Assembly: GCA_964610025.1 (NCBI GenBank)
Contig: CAZSTX010000001.1
Span: 117,209-181,208, forward strand
DNA length: 64,000 nt
From: an uncultured Lentimicrobiaceae bacterium
GTDB taxonomy: Bacteria > Bacteroidota > Bacteroidia > Bacteroidales > WCHB1-69
Direction of reading: 5' to 3'
Within the stretch, counting starts at the first letter, position 1, and the number at the start of each line of letters is the position of its first letter. Shown here one piece after another: positions 1-9,581 of the stretch. Both the position numbers and the translations under genes were made by a program. The notes under the pieces are model-generated. The model was not told the origin of the DNA and searched no databases. It was given only the letters and a program-made list of their open reading frames with translations.

Positions 1-24
1 AAGACAGAGTGTGATAAAAAAGTT

Positions 25-32
25 TATTTTTG
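25..32 (+). promoter_or_regulatory. Bacteroidota -7 promoter box (TATTTTTG, consensus TAnnTTTG)
   Basis: TAnnTTTG match about 45 nt upstream of the ATG at 78. Confidence 0.35.
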
Positions 33-77
33 CATCAATTAAATTTTTTTACTAAGGTTTAAATTCTAATAATAAAA

Positions 78-572
78 ATGAAATTAAAAACGGTAGTTAT
101 AACAATTTTTCTGATGACAATCATTGTAGTACAAATGAATTCTTGTAATAAAGCAAGTTTGTTAACTGGCACTTACGATGGCATTACGACAACAAAAGGC
201 AATGTGAAAATTCAAATATCAGGCTATATAGATACTGATGAAGAAATCCCTGTTGAATACGAAAATGTTAGTTTTGTCATAACAAAGGGAGCAGATAAAA
301 ATAAGATAATCTTAAAGCAAGTAAACGCTTCTAACGAACAAGAATTGGAAGCAATTGGTATTGTCAATAATCAAACAGTTACTTTTCTTCCTTTCACTAT
401 GCCCATTAGCTATAGTGGCATAAAAGTAGATGCCGAAGTGTCGGATATGACAGCTCATTTTAATAAAGGCACCATGACTTATAGCTATACTTATGGTTAT
501 TCACAAATATTGCCGGGAGCTTATGTCAATATAGCTATGCAAGCCAGCGGAAGTGCTATAAAACAAAAATAA
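78..572 (+). CDS. hypothetical lipoprotein
   Basis: 164-aa ORF. N-terminal hydrophobic signal ends in a lipobox-like MNSC. No catalytic motif recognised. Confidence 0.4.
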   Translation: MKLKTVVITIFLMTIIVVQMNSCNKASLLTGTYDGITTTKGNVKIQISGYIDTDEEIPVEYENVSFVITKGADKNKIILKQVNASNEQELEAIGIVNNQTVTFLPFTMPISYSGIKVDAEVSDMTAHFNKGTMTYSYTYGYSQILPGAYVNIAMQASGSAIKQK

Positions 573-578
573 TGTGCA

Positions 579-1859
579 ATGAATACATTTAAACGATTAG
601 AAGAAGCTCATCTAAAAAATAAAATTGTTTTAGTTCGTGTTGATCATAATGTAGTGAAAAAAGGAATTATACACGATCCTTATCGTGTTGATGCCACAAT
701 AGGAACACTTTTCCATATTATTGCCAAAGGTGGAAAAATTATTCTAATGACCCACGTAGGACGTCCAAAAGATAAAAAAACATCTACTATTACCATAGAC
801 GAGGCTAATTCGGTATTGCCGATTGTAAAGTATTTAGAATCAAAATTGCATATTTGTTTGGGAGTTCCTAAATTCGAAACTGTTGAAAATAAAGGATATT
901 TGGGGATAGCTACTTCCATCAATCATATGATTAAAGATTTGAAAGATAACAAAATAGATGGTATTTATCTTCCCAATACACGATGGTTTTCGGGAGAAGA
1001 AGCCAAAGGAGAAGAACAAGAAAAATTTGCTTATCAATTAGCAGGATTAGCCGATATCTTTGTAAATGATGCTTTTGGTTCGTGGCAGGCTCACGCTTCA
1101 ACAGTTGCTATAACAAAATTTTTACCATCTTATGCTGGTTTTTTGATGCAAAAAGAATTGAAAAATCTTGATAGAATTTTCAATTCTAAAAAACCTTTTA
1201 TAGCTGTTGTAGCTGGTGCTAAATTTGATACAAAAATAGATTCTTTAACAGCACTGTTGAAAATGGCTAATCATTTAATATTAGGAGGTGTTATTTACAA
1301 TGCTTATTTATGTGCCAAATATGGCATTCATATCAAAAATGTAGACGAAGAAGACGTAGAGCAGGCAAAGCAATTTGTAGCTATCTGCAAACAATATCCG
1401 CATAAACTCATAGAGTTACCTTATGTCATTGAATCAGATAGTTTAGAAAATAAACAAGAAGGAAGCTATCGCATAATTGACATACGTAATTTGAAACAAG
1501 GCGACAGACTTAATTATGTATTAGATGTTGCAAAAGAATCGTTTAAAGAAAAAAATGTACTTGATGTTTTTTATAAAGCACATACTATTTTTGTAAATGC
1601 AGTAATGGGTTATATGCCTTATTTTAATGAAGGTACTATAGCATTAGATGAATTAATAGATAAAAATAGCGATGCAGTAAAATTATATGGTGGTGGTGAT
1701 ACATTACAAGAACTAAAACGCTTACTTCCTGGATTATATATAGTTGCATTAGATAATCCTAATTATTATATTTTTACAGGTGGAGGGGCTGTCTTAAAAG
1801 CTATTCAAGAAAATTCTTATATGGGTTTAGAGCCAGTAAAAGCATTGTGTAATAATTAA
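579..1859 (+). CDS. pgk: phosphoglycerate kinase family protein (divergent)
   Basis: PGK-like layout: LVRVDHNV, MTHVGRPK, NDAFGSWQAHAS, AGAKFDTKI, GGGDT. Several canonical substrate-site residues are altered (see findings). Confidence 0.6.
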   Translation: MNTFKRLEEAHLKNKIVLVRVDHNVVKKGIIHDPYRVDATIGTLFHIIAKGGKIILMTHVGRPKDKKTSTITIDEANSVLPIVKYLESKLHICLGVPKFETVENKGYLGIATSINHMIKDLKDNKIDGIYLPNTRWFSGEEAKGEEQEKFAYQLAGLADIFVNDAFGSWQAHASTVAITKFLPSYAGFLMQKELKNLDRIFNSKKPFIAVVAGAKFDTKIDSLTALLKMANHLILGGVIYNAYLCAKYGIHIKNVDEEDVEQAKQFVAICKQYPHKLIELPYVIESDSLENKQEGSYRIIDIRNLKQGDRLNYVLDVAKESFKEKNVLDVFYKAHTIFVNAVMGYMPYFNEGTIALDELIDKNSDAVKLYGGGDTLQELKRLLPGLYIVALDNPNYYIFTGGGAVLKAIQENSYMGLEPVKALCNN

Positions 1860-1861
1860 TA

Positions 1862-3862
1862 TTATGTTCCTTTATTTTTTTTCAATTCTTTTATTTCATC
1901 ACGCAAACGGGCAGCTTCGAGAAAATCTAAGGATTTAACAGCCATTTCCATTGCTTTTTCTTTTGACTTAATTAAATTATTCGTTTCTTTTACAGAAAGG
2001 TATTTTACCTTGCTTTCTTCAGCGGCTACTGGTGCATTGTTCGTATGAGTTACTGAATAAGTTTTGGTATTTTCTTTGCTTTGTAATGACTTGCGTGAAC
2101 GCTGAATAGTAGTAGGAGAGATGTTGTTTTTGATATTATAAGCAATTTGTTTTTCGCGTCTACGATTGGTTTCGTTGATTGTTTTTTGCATTGATTGTGT
2201 AATGGTATCGGCATAAAAAATTACTCTCCCATTAACGTTGCGTGCTGCTCTTCCGGCTGTTTGTGTTAATGAACGTTCAGAACGTAAGAAACCTTCTTTA
2301 TCAGCATCTAAAATAGCCACTAACGACACTTCAGGTAAATCAAGTCCTTCTCTAAGCAAATTTACACCAACTATTACATCAATAATTCCTTCACGCAAAT
2401 AATCGAGAATTTCAACACGTTCTAATGTATCTACATCAGAATGTATATATTGTGTCTTAACATCAATGCGTTTTAAATATTTGGTTAATTCTTCTGCCAT
2501 ACGCTTTGTAAGAGTTGTAACCAAAACACGTTCCCCTTGTTGTATCGTTTTGTCAATTTCTTCTAATAAATTATCAACCTGATTAATACAAGGTCTCACT
2601 TCTATAATAGGATCTAATAATCCTGTTGGTCTCACAATTTGTTCTACAATAGCGCCTTCTGATGCTTTAAGTTCAAAATCGGCAGGTGTAGCCGATATAT
2701 AAATCGTTTGCCCGATAATAGCTTGCACCTCTTCAAGACGTAATGGTCTATTATCTAATGCTGCTGGCAAACGGAAGCCATAGTTTACTAAATTTGTTTT
2801 TCTTGATTTATCGCCTGCATACATGCCTTTTAATTGTGGTATTGTAACATGACTTTCATCAACGACAAATATAAAATCTTTTGGAAAATAATCTAATAAA
2901 CAGAATGGACGCATTCCTGTTTCCCGTCTATCGAAATAGCGCGAATAATTTTCGATACCTGAACAATATCCTAATTCTTTTATCATTTCTATATCATAAA
3001 CAACTCTATCTTCTAATCGTTTAGCTTCTAAATGCTTGCCGATGCTTTTGAAATGATTTTTTTGTATCTCTAAATCTATTTGTATTTCTTTGATGGCTTC
3101 ATGAATAATATCTTGAGATGTAACAAAAATATTGGCTGGATATATTGTTATCTCATTTAAACTTTCTATTCTATGTCCATCAATGTCAATAGATTCAATT
3201 GTTTCGATGGCATCTCCCCAAAAAGTTAAACGATAAGCAATTTTACCATAAGCTGGGAAAATATCTACTATATCGCCTTTTACTCTAAATTTACCCCTTT
3301 CAATATTTCCTTCTATACGCGAATATAAACTACTTACAAATTTGTGTAATAATTGATTGCGATTTATTATTAAATCTTTATGTAAATGAATAGTGTTTTT
3401 TGCAAATTCTTCTGGATTACCTATTCCATAAATACATGAAACTGAAGATACTACTATAATGTCTTTTCGTCCTGAGAGTAGGGAAGATGTTGTGCTCAAT
3501 CGTAATCTTTCAATTTCTTCGTTGATAGAAAGATCTTTTTCTATATAAGTATTAGTAGATGGAATATATGCTTCTGGTTGATAATAATCGTAGTAAGACA
3601 CAAAATATTCTACTGCATTATCAGGAAAAAATTCTTTAAATTCACTGTATAATTGTGCAGCAAGCGTTTTATTGTGGCTTATGACTAATGCGGGACGTTT
3701 TACTTCTTTTAAAACATTGGCAATAGTAAATGTTTTTCCAGAGCCCGTTACCCCTAATAGTGTTTGATTTTTTACTCCTTGATTTAATGATTTTACAAGC
3801 TGTTCTATAGCTTCAGGCTGGTCGCCAGAAGGCGAAAAAGGAGCTTGCAATTGAAAATCCAT
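1862..3862 (-). CDS. uvrB: excinuclease ABC subunit B
   Basis: 666 aa. Walker A GVTGSGKT, helicase motifs, and the C-terminal UVR motif LEAARLRDEI. Confidence 0.95.
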   Translation of the reverse strand: MDFQLQAPFSPSGDQPEAIEQLVKSLNQGVKNQTLLGVTGSGKTFTIANVLKEVKRPALVISHNKTLAAQLYSEFKEFFPDNAVEYFVSYYDYYQPEAYIPSTNTYIEKDLSINEEIERLRLSTTSSLLSGRKDIIVVSSVSCIYGIGNPEEFAKNTIHLHKDLIINRNQLLHKFVSSLYSRIEGNIERGKFRVKGDIVDIFPAYGKIAYRLTFWGDAIETIESIDIDGHRIESLNEITIYPANIFVTSQDIIHEAIKEIQIDLEIQKNHFKSIGKHLEAKRLEDRVVYDIEMIKELGYCSGIENYSRYFDRRETGMRPFCLLDYFPKDFIFVVDESHVTIPQLKGMYAGDKSRKTNLVNYGFRLPAALDNRPLRLEEVQAIIGQTIYISATPADFELKASEGAIVEQIVRPTGLLDPIIEVRPCINQVDNLLEEIDKTIQQGERVLVTTLTKRMAEELTKYLKRIDVKTQYIHSDVDTLERVEILDYLREGIIDVIVGVNLLREGLDLPEVSLVAILDADKEGFLRSERSLTQTAGRAARNVNGRVIFYADTITQSMQKTINETNRRREKQIAYNIKNNISPTTIQRSRKSLQSKENTKTYSVTHTNNAPVAAEESKVKYLSVKETNNLIKSKEKAMEMAVKSLDFLEAARLRDEIKELKKNKGT

Positions 3863-3874
3863 AGGACATCTAAT

Positions 3875-4348
3875 TTATCGTAATCTTTCTGCTTCTTTTA
3901 TTTTTTTTTCGTCTTTTAAAATAAATTTATTAGCAAGAAAAAGAAAGGCAAGCGAGACAATAGATGTAATAGTCCACAGACTATAAACCAATTGATTGTT
4001 TTTCAATAAATATATTTTACTAAATAAATTATCAGGATAAACATAAAGTATGAGTAACAATAATATAAAATTAATGACAACACCTGCTACACATAATTTA
4101 GATTGTATTGTCCTATTTTTGTAGAGAAAAATAGTTATTAAACTTAATCCTGCAAGTATAATTTGCAAAATACCAATGTAATAAGTCGGCAATAAAACAT
4201 TGCCATTTTCAATGTTTTCATGTAAACTCCAAGATGTAAATACATATTGAGCATTATCGGTCGTAACGGTAGCAATAGGGGTAAAAATTCCTACAATTAA
4301 ACAAATAGCTGCTAATAAAAGTAATAGAGATTGAATGCGTTGTATCAT
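3875..4348 (-). CDS. DUF4293-like multi-pass membrane protein
   Basis: 157 aa with four or five hydrophobic segments. Resembles the small Bacteroidota membrane-protein family often found next to uvrB. Confidence 0.45.
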   Translation of the reverse strand: MIQRIQSLLLLLAAICLIVGIFTPIATVTTDNAQYVFTSWSLHENIENGNVLLPTYYIGILQIILAGLSLITIFLYKNRTIQSKLCVAGVVINFILLLLILYVYPDNLFSKIYLLKNNQLVYSLWTITSIVSLAFLFLANKFILKDEKKIKEAERLR

Positions 4349-4395
4349 ATTATAAATAATTATTAATTAATAGTATAAAAAAATAAAATTATATT

Positions 4396-4608
4396 TTAAA
4401 ATAATTCTAATTGATTTTTGAGTACTCCGTTTTCATTGTTTTTTTTAAGTTCCATATATTTAAGATTTAAATCAATAGAATCTTTGATGAATTTATTTAC
4501 TGTTATATTGTTTTTTTTAGCACATTGCTCAATAGATTTTCTTTTTTCTGCCGAAACTTTAAAGGTGTAGTGGTAAGTCCATTTATTAGTTTTTTTATCT
4601 TTTTGCAT
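4396..4608 (-). CDS. small hypothetical protein, possible ribbon-helix-helix fold
   Basis: 70-aa basic ORF 4 nt downstream of lpxC-fabZ. KRKSIEQCAKKNNITVNKFIKDSI resembles CopG/RHH-type segments. Confidence 0.3.
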   Translation of the reverse strand: MQKDKKTNKWTYHYTFKVSAEKRKSIEQCAKKNNITVNKFIKDSIDLNLKYMELKKNNENGVLKNQLELF

Positions 4609-4612
4609 ATGT

Positions 4613-5995
4613 TTATCCTTTTGTTATTTGTGCTAAAAAATCGCCTTCTGCCACTACTTTCTGATTTACATATGCTTTTCCTTTCATATGTGCTAACCCA
4701 CGGCGTATAGGCTCTAATAAAATCATTTCGTAAATCAATGTGTCTCCTGGCGATACTTTAGAACGAAATTTTACCTTGTCCATACTTAAGAAAAAAGTAA
4801 GATAGTTTTCAGGATCAGGAACCTGATTAAGCACTAAAATACCACCTGTTTGAGCCATACCCTCCACAATTAAAACGCCGGGCATTACAGGTTCTTGTGG
4901 AAAATGACCCGTGAAAAATTCTTCGTTAATAGTAGCATTTTTAACACCAACAACACGATTTGCTGTCAGTTCTATTATTTTATCTACTAATAAAAAAGGG
5001 AAACGATGTGGGAGTTTTTCTTTAATTCCTATACTATTAAAAATAGGTGGTTTATTAACATCAAAAACAACTTTACTTGCTTCTGCTTTTATTTTACTTA
5101 TCATCATACGTGCAAAGGCTGTATTGGTAGCATGCCCAGGATATTTTGCTATAATATGTGCTTTTAAATTATAGCCTATTAAGTTTAAATCGCCAATTAG
5201 GTCTAATAATTTATGCCGCGCTACTTCGTTGTCAAAATGTAATTTTATGTTATTTAATACGCCTGTATTTTCAACTTTAATATCATGGCGATTAAAGAAA
5301 GTGGCAATTTGTTGTATTTCTTTCTCTTCTAAAATATGATTGACATATACAATGGCATTTTCAACATCGCCTCCTTTAATCATATTTGCATTGATAAGAG
5401 GCAATATTTCATGTAAAAAACAAAAAGTACGAGCAGGTGCTATTTCTGTAGCAAAATCTTTAATGTTATTTAATTCTGCATGTTGTACACCTAATACTTT
5501 TGTTTTGTAGTCTGTTAAAACAGAAACTTTAAAGTTTTCAGAAGGAATAGCTATGATTTCAATATCACTGTTAGGATTTTTCCAAGTGATAACTTCTTTT
5601 AACTCAAATATTTTTTTATCAGCATCTTGTTCTAAAAGACCTGCCTGCTGAAATATTTTGACATACTCTATAGAACTGCCATCTATAATAGGGATTTCTT
5701 CACCGTTTAATTCTATTAATACATTGTCAATTTCAAGCCCTGCAAGTGCAGCCATTACGTGTTCAATGGTTCTAACAGTAGCTCCTTCTTTATTGCTAAT
5801 TACAGTACCACGAGTAGTTTCTATTACCAATTCAGCAGAAGCTAATATAAGATTATTTTCTTCTAAATCAGTTCTTTTAAAAACAATTCCATGGTTAACG
5901 TCAGCGGGTTGAAAAGTAACAGTAACGGCTTTCCCATTGTGTAAGCCTTTACCTTTTAGACTACAAGATTTTTTTATTGTGTATTGCTTACTCAT
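4613..5995 (-). CDS. lpxC/fabZ: bifunctional UDP-3-O-acyl-GlcNAc deacetylase / 3-hydroxyacyl-ACP dehydratase
   Basis: 460 aa. LpxC N-terminal part (TVRTIEHVMAAL, HATN) is fused to a FabZ hot-dog C-terminal part (FTGHFPQEPVMPGVL), the fusion typical of Bacteroidota. Confidence 0.9.
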   Translation of the reverse strand: MSKQYTIKKSCSLKGKGLHNGKAVTVTFQPADVNHGIVFKRTDLEENNLILASAELVIETTRGTVISNKEGATVRTIEHVMAALAGLEIDNVLIELNGEEIPIIDGSSIEYVKIFQQAGLLEQDADKKIFELKEVITWKNPNSDIEIIAIPSENFKVSVLTDYKTKVLGVQHAELNNIKDFATEIAPARTFCFLHEILPLINANMIKGGDVENAIVYVNHILEEKEIQQIATFFNRHDIKVENTGVLNNIKLHFDNEVARHKLLDLIGDLNLIGYNLKAHIIAKYPGHATNTAFARMMISKIKAEASKVVFDVNKPPIFNSIGIKEKLPHRFPFLLVDKIIELTANRVVGVKNATINEEFFTGHFPQEPVMPGVLIVEGMAQTGGILVLNQVPDPENYLTFFLSMDKVKFRSKVSPGDTLIYEMILLEPIRRGLAHMKGKAYVNQKVVAEGDFLAQITKG

Positions 5996-6161
5996 ATTAA
6001 AATGATTATTATGTTAAACATTACAAAAGTATAAAAAAACACACTCGTTTTTCATTATCTTCTATAAATTAATAAAAAATATTAGAAAATCCGAATAATA
6101 ACTTCTAAAATAAGTGTTGAAAATCGTTATTTCTTATTAAAAAGGATAAAAAAAAATATAG

Positions 6162-6169
6162 TATTTTTG
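6162..6169 (+). promoter_or_regulatory. -7 promoter box TATTTTTG
   Basis: TAnnTTTG match 20 nt upstream of the hutH ATG. Confidence 0.4.
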
Positions 6170-6188
6170 CAAAAAAATATAAGATATA

Positions 6189-7691
6189 ATGAAAGAACAT
6201 AAGATATCAGATAAGCGTTTGAAATTAGCGACAGTAGATAAAATAATAAACGAAAATTATAAGTTAGCTTTGTCAGTTGAAGCAGTAAAAAAAATAGAAA
6301 AATGCCGCAATTATTTAGATGATAAAATAAAAAAACAAAAACGTCCTATTTATGGCATTACTACTGGTTTTGGCTCCTTATGTAATACTACTATTTCAGA
6401 AAATGAATTAGGAAAACTACAAGAAAATCTTATGGCTTCTCATGCTTGTGGAGTAGGAGATGAAGTGCCATTAGAGATTGTTCGTTTAATGATTTTATTG
6501 AAAATACAATCTTTGTCTTATGGACATTCTGGTGTGCAATTGTCTACAGTTCAACGATTAATAGATATATATAACAATGAAATCTATCCCATTGTGTACG
6601 AACAAGGTTCTTTGGGTGCATCGGGCGATTTAGTGCCTTTAGCACATCTTTGCTTACCTTTGATTAATTTAGGAGAAGTTTATTATAAAGGCGAAAAGTT
6701 AACGGGCAAAGAAATTAATGAAAAAATGAATTGGCAGCCTATTTCATTAAAATCAAAAGAAGGCTTGGCTTTATTAAATGGAACACAATTTATGTCTGCT
6801 TATTCCGTCTATATATTATTGAAAGCTAAAAGACTATCTTATGTTGCAGATTTGATAGGAAGTATTTCACTCGATGCTTTTAATGGTAGATTAGAACCTT
6901 TTTTAACAGAAGTACATATTATTAGACCACATTGGGGACAATTAGAAACAGCCAATAATATATTAAATTTTTTAGATGGTTCTGAAATTAGTTTGCAAGA
7001 TAAAGCACACGTACAAGACCCTTATTCTTTTAGATGTATGCCACAAGTGCATGGTGCTAGCAAAGATGCAATAAATTATGTTGAATTTGTTATAGAAACC
7101 GAAATTAATTCTGTTACTGATAATCCTACTATTTTTCCAGATGAAGATTTAGTGATTTCATCCGGTAATTTTCATGGACAGCCTATTGCCTTAGCGATAG
7201 ATTTTCTTGCTATTGCTTTAGCAGAATTAGGAAATATTTCAGAAAGAAGAACATATCAATTGATTGATGCTAAACGAGATTTGCCATCTTTTTTGGTTAA
7301 AAATCCAGGCTTAAATTCTGGTTTTATGATTCCTCAATATGCTGCTGCTTCTATTGTTAATCAAAATAAATTATTAGCAAATCCCTCTTCTACCGATTCT
7401 ATTGTGTCTTCACAAGGGCAAGAAGACCATGTTAGTATGGGAGCAAATGCAACAATTAAATGTTTGAAAATAGTTGAAAATTTAGAAAAAATATTTGGAA
7501 TAGAGTTTTTTAATGCTGCACAAGCTTTAGAATTTAGAAAACCTTTAAAAACTTCTCAAAAAATAGAAGAAATATTAATTGCGTATCGTGAAAATATTCC
7601 ATTTATCGAAAATGATACCACTATGTATGACAAAATGCAAAAAAGTATTGAGTTTATAAAAGATTTAGAAATGCTTTTTCGCTTCGAATAA
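6189..7691 (+). CDS. hutH: histidine ammonia-lyase
   Basis: 500 aa. MIO-forming ASG triad in GSLGASGDLVPLAH. The Ser-His selectivity pair in LMASHACGVG fits HAL rather than TAL/PAL. Confidence 0.85.
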   Translation: MKEHKISDKRLKLATVDKIINENYKLALSVEAVKKIEKCRNYLDDKIKKQKRPIYGITTGFGSLCNTTISENELGKLQENLMASHACGVGDEVPLEIVRLMILLKIQSLSYGHSGVQLSTVQRLIDIYNNEIYPIVYEQGSLGASGDLVPLAHLCLPLINLGEVYYKGEKLTGKEINEKMNWQPISLKSKEGLALLNGTQFMSAYSVYILLKAKRLSYVADLIGSISLDAFNGRLEPFLTEVHIIRPHWGQLETANNILNFLDGSEISLQDKAHVQDPYSFRCMPQVHGASKDAINYVEFVIETEINSVTDNPTIFPDEDLVISSGNFHGQPIALAIDFLAIALAELGNISERRTYQLIDAKRDLPSFLVKNPGLNSGFMIPQYAAASIVNQNKLLANPSSTDSIVSSQGQEDHVSMGANATIKCLKIVENLEKIFGIEFFNAAQALEFRKPLKTSQKIEEILIAYRENIPFIENDTTMYDKMQKSIEFIKDLEMLFRFE

Positions 7692-7774
7692 GCAACAAAA
7701 TGAAAATTATTTCCTTAATATACAATGAAATAAAAAAAAAATAAAAAAAAGTGTGTTTTTTGAAAAAAAAATTA

Positions 7775-7782
7775 TATTTTTG
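7775..7782 (+). promoter_or_regulatory. -7 promoter box TATTTTTG
   Basis: TAnnTTTG match upstream of the sigma-factor gene. Confidence 0.3.
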
Positions 7783-7868
7783 CGTCTACAAATACAAGGA
7801 GGATTTATATAGAAACAATTTTTATTTTTTGAGATTAAAAAAAAACGAAAATTAAACAAAAGTTTATT

Positions 7869-8462
7869 ATGAAGACTAAATTGTTTCAAAGCAGTGATGA
7901 AAATCTAGTTTCTCTTTATATTAACGGTCAAGAATCAGCTATAGAGATTTTAATTAAACGCTATCAACAAAAAATATTTTCTTATATTTTAATGGTTGTG
8001 CGAGATAAAGAAATTGCAGAAGATCTTTTTCAAGATACTTTTATAAAAGTAATCAATACTTTACGATTAGGAAATTATCGTGAAGAAGGAAAGTTTAATC
8101 AGTGGATTATGCGTATTACACGTAATCTAATTATTGATTATTTTCGTAAAAATCAGAAAATGTCTTTTGTAGATAATAATAATGAGAATGGTAGTTTTAT
8201 TGATAATTTTTCAGAACCTACTAATTCTATAGAACAAATAATGATAACAAATCAAATTCATGAGTCATTACGTTCTTTAATTACTCTTCTGCCTGAGAAA
8301 CAACAAGAAGTTTTAATGCTACGATTATATCAAGATATGAGTTTTAAAGAAATTGCTATTCAAACTAATGTAAGTATTAATACTGCTTTAGGACGTATGC
8401 GATACGCTATTTTGAATTTAAGAAAAATGGTGGAAGAAAATAATATAATTTTAACGCAATAA
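7869..8462 (+). CDS. RNA polymerase sigma-70 family (ECF-type) sigma factor
   Basis: 197 aa. Region 2 (DLFQDTFIKV ... WIMRITRNLIIDYFRK) and a region 4 HTH (MSFKEIAIQTNVSINTALGRMRYA). Confidence 0.8.
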   Translation: MKTKLFQSSDENLVSLYINGQESAIEILIKRYQQKIFSYILMVVRDKEIAEDLFQDTFIKVINTLRLGNYREEGKFNQWIMRITRNLIIDYFRKNQKMSFVDNNNENGSFIDNFSEPTNSIEQIMITNQIHESLRSLITLLPEKQQEVLMLRLYQDMSFKEIAIQTNVSINTALGRMRYAILNLRKMVEENNIILTQ

Positions 8463-8573
8463 TCTTCTGAAAAAACATTAAACTACTATATAGTTAAACT
8501 TTCGATATCCAATAAATAATAATTTTTTTTTTGAAAATATCTATAAATAATTGATTTATATAAAATAAAATTG

Positions 8574-8581
8574 TACTTTTG
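8574..8581 (+). promoter_or_regulatory. -7 promoter box TACTTTTG
   Basis: TAnnTTTG match 37 nt upstream of the rplS ATG. Confidence 0.4.
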
Positions 8582-8617
8582 CACGCAATATTTAAAAAAT
8601 CTTAATATTAAGAAATA

Positions 8618-8971
8618 ATGAAATCGGAATTAATAAAATTCGCTGAAGACCAATTGATTGAAAAGAAAAATCACCCTGAATTTAAAGCAGGAGATACCGT
8701 AACTGTAAACTATAGAATTGTTGAAGGAAGTAAAGAAAGAATCCAATCATACCAAGGAGTTGTTATTCAACGAGCTGGTACGGCGGCTACAGAAACATTT
8801 ACAGTTAGAAAAATATCTGGTGGTATTGGTGTCGAAAGAATATTTCCTGTTAATTCTCCTTTTATAGATAGTATTATTGTAAATAAAAGAGGAATAGTAA
8901 GAAGAGCAAGAATATTTTATTTAAGGGCATTAAGAGGTAAAAAAGCACGTATCAAAGAAAGAAGAAATTAA
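8618..8971 (+). CDS. rplS: 50S ribosomal protein L19
   Basis: 117 aa. [29 protein letters not shown] is typical of L19. Confidence 0.95.
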   Translation: MKSELIKFAEDQLIEKKNHPEFKAGDTVTVNYRIVEGSKERIQSYQGVVIQRAGTAATETFTVRKISGGIGVERIFPVNSPFIDSIIVNKRGIVRRARIFYLRALRGKKARIKERRN

Positions 8972-8996
8972 TTTTTTTTCTTAAATTATTATTATT

Positions 8997-9563
8997 ATGG
9001 CTACAACAGCAGATTTTAGAAATGGTTTATGTATCGAACTAAACGGAGAGCTTTGGAGTATTGCAGAGTTTTTGCATGTTAAACCAGGAAAAGGTGCTGC
9101 GTTTGTTCGTACTAAATTGAAAAATCTTCGAAATGGACGACAGTTAGAACATACTTTTCCTTCAGGAGTGAAAATAAATTTAGCAAGAGTAGAAAGACGA
9201 CCCTATCAATTTTTGTATAAAGAAGGTGCAACTAATTACCATTTTATGCACTCTGAAACATTCGAACAAATAGAAATTGAAGAAAGTTTAATCTCAAATT
9301 CAGGTTTATTAAAAGAAGGACAAGTAGTTGAAATAATGTATCATGTAGATACAGATTCACCTTTAACATGCGAACTACCTGCATTTGTTGACTTGCAAGT
9401 AACCTATACAGAACCAGGAGTGAAAGGCGATACTGCAACTAATGCCTTAAAAAAAGCAATTGTAGAAACAGGAGCGGAAGTAATGATACCTCTTTTTATT
9501 GAAGAAGGAGAAAAAATTAAAGTAGATACGCGTACAAATCGCTATTCGGAACGTGTCAAATAA
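8997..9563 (+). CDS. efp: elongation factor P
   Basis: 188 aa. [18 protein letters not shown] is the EF-P signature region. Confidence 0.95.
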   Translation: MATTADFRNGLCIELNGELWSIAEFLHVKPGKGAAFVRTKLKNLRNGRQLEHTFPSGVKINLARVERRPYQFLYKEGATNYHFMHSETFEQIEIEESLISNSGLLKEGQVVEIMYHVDTDSPLTCELPAFVDLQVTYTEPGVKGDTATNALKKAIVETGAEVMIPLFIEEGEKIKVDTRTNRYSERVK

Positions 9564-9581
9564 ATAGATTGATAGAATATT

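Noticed and set aside
6189-7691. The lone HAL-family gene as a tyrosine/phenylalanine ammonia-lyase (for example for flexirubin-type pigment synthesis)
   Set aside because: The selectivity position reads Ser-His (LMASHACGVG), as in true histidine ammonia-lyases. No polyketide or pigment genes lie nearby. The absence of hutU and hutI in the window is noted but not unusual.
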